From Christensenellaceae bacterium (GTDB lineage: Bacteria > Bacillota > Clostridia > Christensenellales > Borkfalkiaceae): a stretch of DNA of 64,000 nucleotides. Where the stretch lies: contig JAZOCA010000025.1 of NCBI GenBank assembly GCA_045596285.1, positions 30,613 to 94,612 on the forward strand. Reading direction: 5' to 3'. The position numbers and the translations under genes were made by a program. The notes beneath the pieces were generated by a model. It made no database searches, was not told the origin of the DNA, and worked only from the letters and a program-made list of their open reading frames with translations. Positions 25,693 through 34,624 of the stretch are shown here, piece after piece; the stretch's first letter is position 1, and each line of letters opens with the position of its first letter.

Positions 25693-26700
25693 TTAATATT
25701 TTTTAAATTCGTTTAACATTGCTATTACGTTTTCAGGTGGAACGTCCTGCGGGATAGCATGTGTAGGTGCAAGAATAAAACCACCGCCAGTCTTCATAAT
25801 TTCTACCGTTTTTTTAATGATTTCTTTTAACTGCTTGGGCGTTTTATTTGTTAAGTCTTGCTGGGTTGATATAGTTCCCCAAAAGGCTAATCTATCACCA
25901 TATTTTTCTTTAATTTCTTTTAAGTTATAAATTTCAGGTTGAACGGTTTGGTAACAGTCTAATCCTATTTCTATTAAATCTTCAAATACTTCTTGAATAT
26001 CGCCACAAGAATGTTGAAGCACAAACTTTCCGTTCTTTTTTGCGCGAGCATACATTTTTGCCATTCTTGGTTTAATGAATTCACGCCATAAAGGAGCGCC
26101 CATAATCATACCCTTTTGCTGGCCCCAGTCGTCGCCAAAATAAATACCGTCGAATGGATATTCGTTAAAAATATCAATAACTTTAAGATTGAACTCGCAA
26201 ATTTTATCCAACAAATCGTGAACAAACTCTTTTTCCGTGATCATATATATTAATGCATCTTCCATGCCTAAATAACTCCATAAGCGTTCAAACATAGAAA
26301 ATCCGATTCCAACAAAACAGAATTTATCGCCCTTTGTTTTAAGCAAATTTTCGCATTCTTCCCTTATTCTTTTTTCATTTAAATAAGGAGTAGGATATAA
26401 AGAAATATCCGGTTCGCTAATAACTGGATTATCCACTACGCCGATATCTTTATCGGCGCCACTTCTATTCCAAGTAACCCCAAAATCATCTTTAAAATGT
26501 TCTCTTTTATCGGGCAGTTCGGTTGGATATCCCCAATATTGAGCATAATGTAAATATCCATCGTACTTATCGAAAAAATTCTCATCTTTGGTGTAATTTA
26601 CCATATTTTCATACTCTTGTAAGGTAAATTCCGCATGATATGGCACTTTTAAAGATTCTTTGTGTAAAAGGGCTTGAATAACTATTTCTCTTTTTGTCAT
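25693..26700 (-). CDS. Uroporphyrinogen decarboxylase (URO-D)-like family protein (MtaA/CmuA-type methyltransferase fold)
   Basis: 335 aa. The size and the C-terminal pattern (HSCGDI...; ILAPTHAIPQDVPPENV) are typical of URO-D-like TIM-barrel proteins. It is embedded in the glycan operon. Confidence 0.6.
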   Translation of the reverse strand: MTKREIVIQALLHKESLKVPYHAEFTLQEYENMVNYTKDENFFDKYDGYLHYAQYWGYPTELPDKREHFKDDFGVTWNRSGADKDIGVVDNPVISEPDISLYPTPYLNEKRIREECENLLKTKGDKFCFVGIGFSMFERLWSYLGMEDALIYMITEKEFVHDLLDKICEFNLKVIDIFNEYPFDGIYFGDDWGQQKGMIMGAPLWREFIKPRMAKMYARAKKNGKFVLQHSCGDIQEVFEDLIEIGLDCYQTVQPEIYNLKEIKEKYGDRLAFWGTISTQQDLTNKTPKQLKEIIKKTVEIMKTGGGFILAPTHAIPQDVPPENVIAMLNEFKKY

Positions 26701-26726
26701 AACTTTCTCCTACTTATATTAAGTAA

Positions 26727-27623
26727 TCACTTTATACAAATTTTACCCTCTTTTAACTCAAAGGGATAAACGACGGCGTGAACGTTTTGCCAACCTTCGG
26801 TTTTACCTTCATCAAACATATGAAATGCAATATAATCTTTCTTTCCATCAGAAAAAACAGAACAATGCCCCGGACCGTTAAACCCATCTGCCTGAGAAAG
26901 AACGGGAGTAGGATGCTTAACCCAACTTTCCCTTTTCATAGGATCTTCCCCAACTAAAGTTAACATACCTATACAATAATTATTCCAATTTGAATGCGAA
27001 CCGGAATAAAAAATATGAAGTTTATCATTCTTTATATATGCACACGCACCTTCGTTAATATAAGGAACGTTAATACCGTCGCAATTCATTCTTTCCCATT
27101 CGTGATCTGGCTCTGAAATCAATACTCTTTCGGAAGAAATCGTATAAGCGTCTTCCATTTTTGCAATATACATATTTTGGCAAACGTTTTCGTCACCTTC
27201 CCAACCAGACCACATCATATACATAACGCCTTTCCATTTAAAAACTGTAGCGTCTATCGCCCATTTATCTGGCTTTGCGGCTATTTTTCCCGCCATTTTA
27301 TACCTATCTGTAGGATTATTACTACCGTTTTCTAACACGTACATACGGTGGTTATAATTATCACCGTCGTCACAAGCGACGTAAATATAGCATTTTCCAT
27401 CTATCACGTGTAGCTCAGGAGCCCAAAGCTCTTTGCTATATTCTTTATTTTTTTCCGGCTCGTATACTACGACTGGCTCTGCAGTTAACAACCCTTCTAC
27501 CGTAGAAGATTGCGTAACACAAAGTTTCTCTGCATTATTAGTAAAGCAATGATAAAAACTTCCATTATGAAAAATTACCCAAGGGTCGCGAGCTTCATAT
27601 CCGCCACTTTTCTTTAACAACAT
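26727..27623 (-). CDS. Glycoside hydrolase family 43 protein (intracellular; no signal peptide)
   Basis: 298 aa. RDPWV, LWAPELH, AIDATVF and YINEGA match the GH43 five-bladed propeller catalytic motifs. Confidence 0.8.
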   Translation of the reverse strand: MLLKKSGGYEARDPWVIFHNGSFYHCFTNNAEKLCVTQSSTVEGLLTAEPVVVYEPEKNKEYSKELWAPELHVIDGKCYIYVACDDGDNYNHRMYVLENGSNNPTDRYKMAGKIAAKPDKWAIDATVFKWKGVMYMMWSGWEGDENVCQNMYIAKMEDAYTISSERVLISEPDHEWERMNCDGINVPYINEGACAYIKNDKLHIFYSGSHSNWNNYCIGMLTLVGEDPMKRESWVKHPTPVLSQADGFNGPGHCSVFSDGKKDYIAFHMFDEGKTEGWQNVHAVVYPFELKEGKICIK

Positions 27624-27767
27624 AACTTAATAGCTCCTTTTTATTATTATAATACCAAAATAACGTTGTTTTCGCTATAAATTTTACACAAAAACAACGT
27701 TATTAGGCATACTTAGGATATGAACGGGCTATATTTTTTGATTACAGCCCGTTCATCAAAAAATCAA

Positions 27768-30560
27768 TTAGTCTTCTTTTCTCTTCTTTAGTAAAACTGC
27801 GATTACACCTAAACCAATAGTCATTACTACTGATCCACTAACTGAAGATTGACAGCTTGAAACGCCTGCTTCAGAAGAACCGGGTTGTTCACCTGCTGCT
27901 ACGTGTTCGATTTCGAAAGTAGCGGTTAATTCTGTATTTGCATTAAATTCTACAGTTACAACGTATTTACCAGCTGTTTCAGCATCATAACCTTCGGGCA
28001 TTACGATTGTGTATTCGTTAGAAGATAAAGTTTGTTTTGTACCGTCGTTATAAACAACCTTAACAACTAATTCTGCAGTATTTAAAGCTTCGCCAACGTT
28101 TAATTGAGTTTTAACGTCTTCAGCGTTGATTTCTAATGAAACAACTTCTTTTTCTGCTTTAACAACAACGTCAAAGGTAGCGGTAACTTCTTCTGCGCCG
28201 ATTACTTTTACGGTAATGGTGTAAGTACCGGGTTCGTTAACGTTATAGCCTTCGGGGTAAACGATTTCGTATTCGTTGTAATTTAACGCTTTAACGTCTT
28301 CGCCATATTTAGCATTAACTGCTAATTTAGCAACGTTAAGGGTTTCGCCACATTCAAGTTCGAGGTTCATATTTGAAAGGTCGAGTTCAATTGAATCGGG
28401 AGTAACGAATTTTACAAGATTAAATCCATTAAAGTCAAACGCGCTTTCTGCACCTGAACAAATAATAGACATTTTTTGTAATCCTGCTTCAAGATTTACT
28501 AAAACTGCCGTTTTACCTTCTGCGTCAACGGTTACTTCTTGTTGTTGTTCGCCGATAGCTAATGTAAATTTCTTTGCTTCGGTTAATTCTGCAGTATTGA
28601 AAGTAAATTGATATTTACCTGCTTCAGCTACGTCAAGATAGTAAGAAAGCATACGATCGGTTTCTTTACCAACCCATACACCTTTATCCATTGAGTCAAT
28701 ACCGTAACGAATACCGTCTTTTGCTTCATAGGTAGCTTTTAATTGAGCGTCGATAGCGCAAACTTCAAATTCGTCCCACCAAATTGAGTATTGATTTTGA
28801 GTTTTAAATACTATTTCATTTTCGCCTTCTTTAAGATTTACTTCGAAAATGTAAGGTTGACCACCTCTTGAATGAAGGTTTACTTCACGAGCTACACCGT
28901 TTTCGGTAATGGTTGCTTTATCATAGTCGTAATTATTTGCCGTGGCATACGATTTAAATAAGTACTTGCCTGCAGCACCGGTATTGTTAATTCTAATAGT
29001 CATGGTAACTTGTCTGTTTTCAGCAGCGCCAGCACCGTTTGAACCAATTCTGAAATATCCGTCTGTTACTCTGTAACTTTCAATAATATAGAAAATTCTA
29101 CCTGCACACTCATCAGTTCCTTCGCCCTTGATGCCTGCGTTCATATAATACGAAAGCTTGCCAGTGCTATTAACACCGTCAAATTCAACTACCTTACCTT
29201 CGTATTCGGTTCCTTCGTTACTAACTACTACGGTATAACTTGCCTTTAAATCAGAATCTACCATTTCAACAACAACTTCTTTAGAGCCAAAGTCTCTTAA
29301 GCTGGGAACTGAAACAGTATATTGATCTGCGGTAAGAAGAGTTTTTTGAGTTCCTTTTACGTAGTATACAGCAAGACCTTCTGCAGAGAATTCTCTATCA
29401 GGGTTGTATGAAGTTTTAGCCTTTGAAGTATCAATTTCAAGGAAAATTTCTTGTTTTTCTTCAATTGTAATTTGGTGCATCCACCAGTTACTTACGTATA
29501 CGCCGTCAGCAGCGCCTGCATCTAATTCTTCAGTTCTTGCTGCGTTAACGTAGGTTAATTGATTTTCAATTTTTAAAGTATTTAAACCTTCGTTTAAGGT
29601 TACGTTAAAATGGTTCCAAGAATCGCCAGACCAACCAGCAGCGGTTGAGAATGAATAGTAAGGCTTGCCATCAAAAGTAAGAACTTCACCGTTTAAAGTG
29701 TATTTAGCGCGGTTAGCTAATCCGTTACCTGCCATAACTGCAAAGCCAAGAGTATATTCGCCAGCTTTAGGAGCAAATACGTTATAAACAGCACCACCTT
29801 GTTTGCCATAATCTGCAGCGTTATCAAATGCGTTAAGACCTAAAACGTCATGAGAAAGTGCTGCATCGCCAAAATGTTCAGCAACGATACCCATGGGATA
29901 AGTCATCTTCTTGCCTTCTATAGCCTGTATTGCAGACTTAAAGGGAGATACGCAGAAACTGTATAACCAACAGGTATAGTTTTCACCCATGGTTAAAACG
30001 ATTGTGTTCATTCCTTTTACAAGAGTAACTTCCAATACGGTAGGATCTGCGGGAGCACCGGTTTTTAAAAGTTTATTATCTTTAATGTTTACGTCTACAG
30101 CTTCGCCATCGTTTACAACGAGTTTAGCACCGCCGGTAGCACCGTCCCAACATTCAGAGTATAAGTAAAGATAAGCAGTGCCTTCTACAGTAGAATCAAT
30201 TTTGAAAGTTACGGCAAGATTACTTCTTTTATCGCCACTATTAGAACCGAACGGATGAGACCCCGTACCGCAATCCATCCAAGTATTAGCGTAGCCGCCA
30301 AACATCCATGCTTGACCGTCTACACCAGCATAAGCTTGCGCACCGAAACGGATAGTAGGCTTGCCATCGTAGGGAATTGCAAATGCTTCGGTTTTAGGAG
30401 CTTCTACGTTGATAATAGAAGTGTCGTTATGAGTAGGTTTAACTTCCTCTACAACTTCGTCTTCAGCATGTACAACTTTATTAGTTGCCATACTTACTGC
30501 GCTACCTGCAAAGCAGGTAATTGCTAGCGTAGCTAGCAAAATAGCTAAGAATTTTCTCAT
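27768..30560 (-). CDS. Large secreted cell-surface protein with CBM-like beta-sandwich modules, two Big-type Ig-like repeats and a C-terminal Cys-containing TM anchor
   Basis: I set the start at MRKFLAILLATLAITCFAG (30560), which has GGAGGAATGAAA upstream. Repeated Ig-like modules fit the pattern ...EY.IV.PEGY....G.Y..TV......TATF.V. The protein ends SSCQSSVSGSVVMTIGLGVIAVLLKKRKED. Confidence 0.7.
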   Translation of the reverse strand: MRKFLAILLATLAITCFAGSAVSMATNKVVHAEDEVVEEVKPTHNDTSIINVEAPKTEAFAIPYDGKPTIRFGAQAYAGVDGQAWMFGGYANTWMDCGTGSHPFGSNSGDKRSNLAVTFKIDSTVEGTAYLYLYSECWDGATGGAKLVVNDGEAVDVNIKDNKLLKTGAPADPTVLEVTLVKGMNTIVLTMGENYTCWLYSFCVSPFKSAIQAIEGKKMTYPMGIVAEHFGDAALSHDVLGLNAFDNAADYGKQGGAVYNVFAPKAGEYTLGFAVMAGNGLANRAKYTLNGEVLTFDGKPYYSFSTAAGWSGDSWNHFNVTLNEGLNTLKIENQLTYVNAARTEELDAGAADGVYVSNWWMHQITIEEKQEIFLEIDTSKAKTSYNPDREFSAEGLAVYYVKGTQKTLLTADQYTVSVPSLRDFGSKEVVVEMVDSDLKASYTVVVSNEGTEYEGKVVEFDGVNSTGKLSYYMNAGIKGEGTDECAGRIFYIIESYRVTDGYFRIGSNGAGAAENRQVTMTIRINNTGAAGKYLFKSYATANNYDYDKATITENGVAREVNLHSRGGQPYIFEVNLKEGENEIVFKTQNQYSIWWDEFEVCAIDAQLKATYEAKDGIRYGIDSMDKGVWVGKETDRMLSYYLDVAEAGKYQFTFNTAELTEAKKFTLAIGEQQQEVTVDAEGKTAVLVNLEAGLQKMSIICSGAESAFDFNGFNLVKFVTPDSIELDLSNMNLELECGETLNVAKLAVNAKYGEDVKALNYNEYEIVYPEGYNVNEPGTYTITVKVIGAEEVTATFDVVVKAEKEVVSLEINAEDVKTQLNVGEALNTAELVVKVVYNDGTKQTLSSNEYTIVMPEGYDAETAGKYVVTVEFNANTELTATFEIEHVAAGEQPGSSEAGVSSCQSSVSGSVVMTIGLGVIAVLLKKRKED

Positions 30561-30605
30561 TTTCATTCCTCCATATTTTTTTACAGGTTGCACCTGTTAG
30601 AGCCT

Positions 30606-32798
30606 TTATTTATTGAATACAGAGTTGCCCCCGTAAACTTCAATTCGTTCGATTTCGATATCTTCAAACGAGTTAAGAATAAGTTTAAATTCGTGTGCCC
30701 CTTCACCAGCATATAAGTATGCAATAGCGCAGTTACCTTCGTTATAGTCTGCATTTGCACCTTGTGCGGGTAGAGGTATAGTACCTATATCTTTGCCATC
30801 GATTTGCATTTCAGCAATAGCCAAGGTTGAAGTAGGATTGTTGTAGTAAATCTTAAACGTTTGATATCCTGCCATACCTTCGAAATCAAAACGTAGACCG
30901 CCCATACAAACTAAGGTAACGGTTTTTTCGTTTACGATAGCATCTGTAGATACGTAATAATCGTTTACGTCATATTGTTGATAATATGCATCAGTTAAGT
31001 GAGTTACGTCTTCTACGTAGAAGTCATCAATGAATAAAGAGCTTGAATAACTTACGTCAGTTCCGGGCATATATTCAATACCGATTAATTCGTTTGCCTG
31101 TTCTGCGGTGAAATATAATTCAAGTTTTACAAACACGTCAGCGGTAATGGGGTTAATATATGAACGATACTTATTGCCTGCAAATAAACGCATTTCTCTA
31201 TCTGCACCGCCAAGAACCCAAAGGGTTACGCGATAACGGTTGCCGGGGATAAGTGAAACTTTTTGATATGCTTTACATTTTTCTTCAGTAGAAGGAGTTT
31301 CAAGCATACCGCCATATTCGCCTAAATGCGCTTTAGCTGCGGTAGCTGCAAAGGTTGTGCCTTCATCGCCTTCAAAAGACCAGCCGTGGGTATCTCCACG
31401 TTCAAAACTACGGTTGGTAAGAGATACTTGAGGAATTTCTTCAGCGTTTTGAACCGCAACTGTGTATTTATCTTGACCGATTGAACCACCACGCGCTACG
31501 ATTTGAGCTTCTAAGTTTTTAACGGTTACATCAGTAATTTCGTTAAAAGTTAAGGTGTTGGGGAAGTTTTTACCGCAGTATGCGAAAGCACCCCAGTAAA
31601 CGCCTAACTCGTCTGAGTTAGCATTTGTATAGTTATGATATTTAGATTCTCCGTTCATGTAGTCTTGATACTTAAGAGGTAAATTCTTAAATCCGTGCAT
31701 AAGGCCGATTAAACCGCCTACGGTACAAGCCGTACAGTCACCGTCTAAGCCAGCAAGTGAAGTTATCTTAACACTCTTTTCGAAATCGTTTTCGCCGTAA
31801 ATTAAACCTAAGAAAATCATACCGGCATTTGCATTAATAGAGAAACCTGCTTTATCTGATTGATTAACAAGTTTGGGGAAAACTAATCTTTCAACAACAC
31901 CAGCACAAGCCTTTCTCCAATCCACGCCGTCTTCATAGCAGTTAACAACGTATTTATAAATTTCATAAATTTCGTTGTTTTTATCCATACGATCAAAAGC
32001 AGCTTCTAAAACATCTCTGGGATTATCGTATTGCCAAGCAAGAGAGTACATTAATGCACATAATTTACCTAAGTATAAGCATAGCGCATCCCCTTGTACG
32101 GGAGTGAAAATTTCAGCGTATGCTTCTGCAGCCAAAGGCATATATGGGAAGATAGAACCAAGAGTTTCGTTTTCAATCCAAGATTCGGTTACCCAATATC
32201 CTCTATTACCATACATTCTTTGGCCGGTATAAGGTGCCATATATCCGTTATTGCGAATAGTATCAAGAACAGTTTCACCGCCACCAACGTCAGCAACTGA
32301 ATAATGATCCCAAGCAGCCGCAATATCTTGAGCACCAAGATCGGGACCGTAATCACGGAAAATAAATTGATTTAATACGTCTACGTGCATATCGTCATCT
32401 GAGTATACAGTATTATAAGTAACACGGGGATCACAGATAGGTCCGGTACGTAATGCGTTAACGCCAATACTACCTGAAGCAATTGCTCCGTTAGGTTCCC
32501 AATATTTATCATCCATAGCAATGTAAGCAATCGTGCCGGGAACAACAACAGCATCTAAGGGTTTAGCGTTGTTGGTCGTTCTGCAATATTCGTAACCGCT
32601 ACCTAAACCTATTGCGCTACCCGTCCACATGCCAAGTAGTTTATCGCGAACGGTTTCTTTATCTAATTCAACAGTTTCGCTTGCTACGTAGTTTTGTCTA
32701 TCATTCCAGTTTCCTTTCATAGTACCTTTAGATCCCTCCGTACAAGCAGCAGAAAATAACATCATGCCTGCTAATAAAAATCCTATTGCTTTTTTCAT
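30606..32798 (-). CDS. Lipoprotein with an ADP-ribosylglycohydrolase (ARH/DraG) fold domain plus a C-terminal CBM-like region
   Basis: 730 aa with lipobox LFSAAC. WTGSAIGLGSGYEY near the N-terminus and GLDGDCTACTVGGLIGLMHG resemble the two metal-binding ARH signatures (GDAlG.p.E / GGDtDT.a.i.Ga..G). The C-terminal ~280 aa has a jelly-roll-like repeat pattern. Confidence 0.6.
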   Translation of the reverse strand: MKKAIGFLLAGMMLFSAACTEGSKGTMKGNWNDRQNYVASETVELDKETVRDKLLGMWTGSAIGLGSGYEYCRTTNNAKPLDAVVVPGTIAYIAMDDKYWEPNGAIASGSIGVNALRTGPICDPRVTYNTVYSDDDMHVDVLNQFIFRDYGPDLGAQDIAAAWDHYSVADVGGGETVLDTIRNNGYMAPYTGQRMYGNRGYWVTESWIENETLGSIFPYMPLAAEAYAEIFTPVQGDALCLYLGKLCALMYSLAWQYDNPRDVLEAAFDRMDKNNEIYEIYKYVVNCYEDGVDWRKACAGVVERLVFPKLVNQSDKAGFSINANAGMIFLGLIYGENDFEKSVKITSLAGLDGDCTACTVGGLIGLMHGFKNLPLKYQDYMNGESKYHNYTNANSDELGVYWGAFAYCGKNFPNTLTFNEITDVTVKNLEAQIVARGGSIGQDKYTVAVQNAEEIPQVSLTNRSFERGDTHGWSFEGDEGTTFAATAAKAHLGEYGGMLETPSTEEKCKAYQKVSLIPGNRYRVTLWVLGGADREMRLFAGNKYRSYINPITADVFVKLELYFTAEQANELIGIEYMPGTDVSYSSSLFIDDFYVEDVTHLTDAYYQQYDVNDYYVSTDAIVNEKTVTLVCMGGLRFDFEGMAGYQTFKIYYNNPTSTLAIAEMQIDGKDIGTIPLPAQGANADYNEGNCAIAYLYAGEGAHEFKLILNSFEDIEIERIEVYGGNSVFNK

Positions 32799-32814
32799 TT
32801 TTTTTCTCCTTTAT

Positions 32815-33720
32815 TTATTCTTTTACACCAGAAAAGGATATTCCCTCTACAAAATAACGCTGTGCAAACAAGTACAAGAAGAGCGTGGGTAAGGTTGCTA
32901 TACAAGCACCTGCCATTTGTACGCCCCATTTAGTACCCGCAGTATCGTTAAGCATAGAGATCATTTGTTGCAAAGTTTTTAGTTCCATTTTGCCTGTTAA
33001 ATATAACATCGGCCCAGTATAATCGTTGTATCCGCCTAAAAAGCCGAACATAAAGTTAGTAATAAGTACTGGCATAGAAAGCGGTACTTCTATTTTCCAG
33101 AAAATACCCCACCAGCCCATGCCGTCTACCTTAGCAGCCTCTTCTAAAGAACTGGGTATTCCAAGCATAAACTGTCTTGTGAAGAAAATCGCACTTGCCC
33201 CGCCAAACATACCTGGAACCATAAGCGGAAGCCACGTGTTTGTCCATTTTAATTCGTTATATAGCATATAAGAAGGAATCATGGTAATAATTCCCGGTAT
33301 TGCCATAGTTGCAACTAGAGCAAAAAAGATTTTATCTCTTCCTGGAAATTGAATTTTAGCAAATGAAAACGCCGCTAAAGCCGCCGTAAGTACGCCAACT
33401 ATAGTAGAAGGAACTACCATAATAATAGTATTTCTAAAACCTATCCATAAATTTACGTATTCTGAAGCAGCAAACAATTCTTTATAATTTTCAATAGTCC
33501 ACGTTTTGGGAATCCACGATATAGGAACGGTGAATATTTCTTTATATTCTTTAAAAGAAGTACTAAGCATCCATAAGAAAGGAAGTAAGAATATAAATCC
33601 ACCAAGAGCCAACATTGCGTATAAAAATATCTTATAAGAAATTCGTTTTACTTTACGTTTTCTTTGCTCTTTTAAATTATTAGGTACTGCCTGTAAATTA
33701 GTTTTTCTACCGTTAATCAC
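32815..33720 (-). CDS. Carbohydrate ABC transporter permease (CUT1, MalG-like)
   Basis: 301 aa, 6 TM segments, EAA loop LEEAAKVDGMGWWGIFWKIEVP. Confidence 0.88.
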   Translation of the reverse strand: MINGRKTNLQAVPNNLKEQRKRKVKRISYKIFLYAMLALGGFIFLLPFLWMLSTSFKEYKEIFTVPISWIPKTWTIENYKELFAASEYVNLWIGFRNTIIMVVPSTIVGVLTAALAAFSFAKIQFPGRDKIFFALVATMAIPGIITMIPSYMLYNELKWTNTWLPLMVPGMFGGASAIFFTRQFMLGIPSSLEEAAKVDGMGWWGIFWKIEVPLSMPVLITNFMFGFLGGYNDYTGPMLYLTGKMELKTLQQMISMLNDTAGTKWGVQMAGACIATLPTLFLYLFAQRYFVEGISFSGVKE

Positions 33721-34609
33721 TGTAATGCACCCACCTTTTTGAACTTATAAACGTTCCGGCCACTAATACGATTATAAATAGACCAGTTAGCCACGACATT
33801 GCAGTAGCATAAGTATAATCATACCCATACTGAGAACTGAACGCCGTTTGATAGATGTAAAGAACAGGAGTTAAGGTTGAATAATCAGGCCCACCATTGT
33901 TCATGAGTTTGTATCTTGCAAAATCAGATACCGTTCCAATAATTGTAGTTACTAGTATATAGAACGTAGTGGGTGAAACACAAGGTAAAGTAATATGGAA
34001 AAAACGTTGAAAAGCGTTTGCTCCGTCTATTTCTGCGGCTTCGTAAAATTGTCTGGGCGCATTTTTAAGCCCTGCAATATACATAACCATACCACCGCCG
34101 ATTCCCATCCAAATGCCTTGAATAATCATAGAAATCATTGCTACCCTGGTATCAATTAACCACCCTACTTTATCTAATCCTAAACCCGTTAATAATCCGT
34201 TAAGTATTCCAAAGTCATAGTTATATACCCATTTCCATACTAACGTTACAGCTACGGATGAACAAAGTGAAGGAATGAAGAATAATGCCCTAAAGAACGT
34301 AACGCCCTTTACCTTTGCCGTTAATAATAAAGCTACGCCTAACATAACCGCAATTTGAATTAGAACGCCACCAAGTGCAATACAAATATTTCCTAACGAT
34401 TTAAAGAAAAGTTCATCTTCTATTGCGCGAGCATATCCTTCAAAACCTATTAGGTTAATTTCACCCGTAAAAAAATCATATTCAGAAAAGGATAACACTA
34501 AAGAAAACACTATGGGAATAAAACTAAAAAGCATAAACCCAATTATCGGGGGGGCAATAAATAAATACCCCGCTAAATAATCTTTTTTCTTTATTGAAGA
34601 TCTTTTCAT
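33713..34609 (-). CDS. Carbohydrate ABC transporter permease (CUT1, MalF-like)
   Basis: 298 aa, EAA loop YEAAEIDGANAFQRFFHITLP. It overlaps the next permease gene by 8 nt. Confidence 0.88.
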   Translation of the reverse strand: MKRSSIKKKDYLAGYLFIAPPIIGFMLFSFIPIVFSLVLSFSEYDFFTGEINLIGFEGYARAIEDELFFKSLGNICIALGGVLIQIAVMLGVALLLTAKVKGVTFFRALFFIPSLCSSVAVTLVWKWVYNYDFGILNGLLTGLGLDKVGWLIDTRVAMISMIIQGIWMGIGGGMVMYIAGLKNAPRQFYEAAEIDGANAFQRFFHITLPCVSPTTFYILVTTIIGTVSDFARYKLMNNGGPDYSTLTPVLYIYQTAFSSQYGYDYTYATAMSWLTGLFIIVLVAGTFISSKRWVHYSD

Positions 34610-34624
34610 TCTAATACCTACTCG

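Noticed and set aside
27722-27757. The hairpin GAACGGGCT...AGCCCGTTC downstream of the 941-aa gene as a rho-independent terminator
   Set aside because: The stem is good, but no T-run follows it on the minus strand, which is the strand of the upstream gene. I left it unannotated as a possible RNA-stabilising or processing hairpin.
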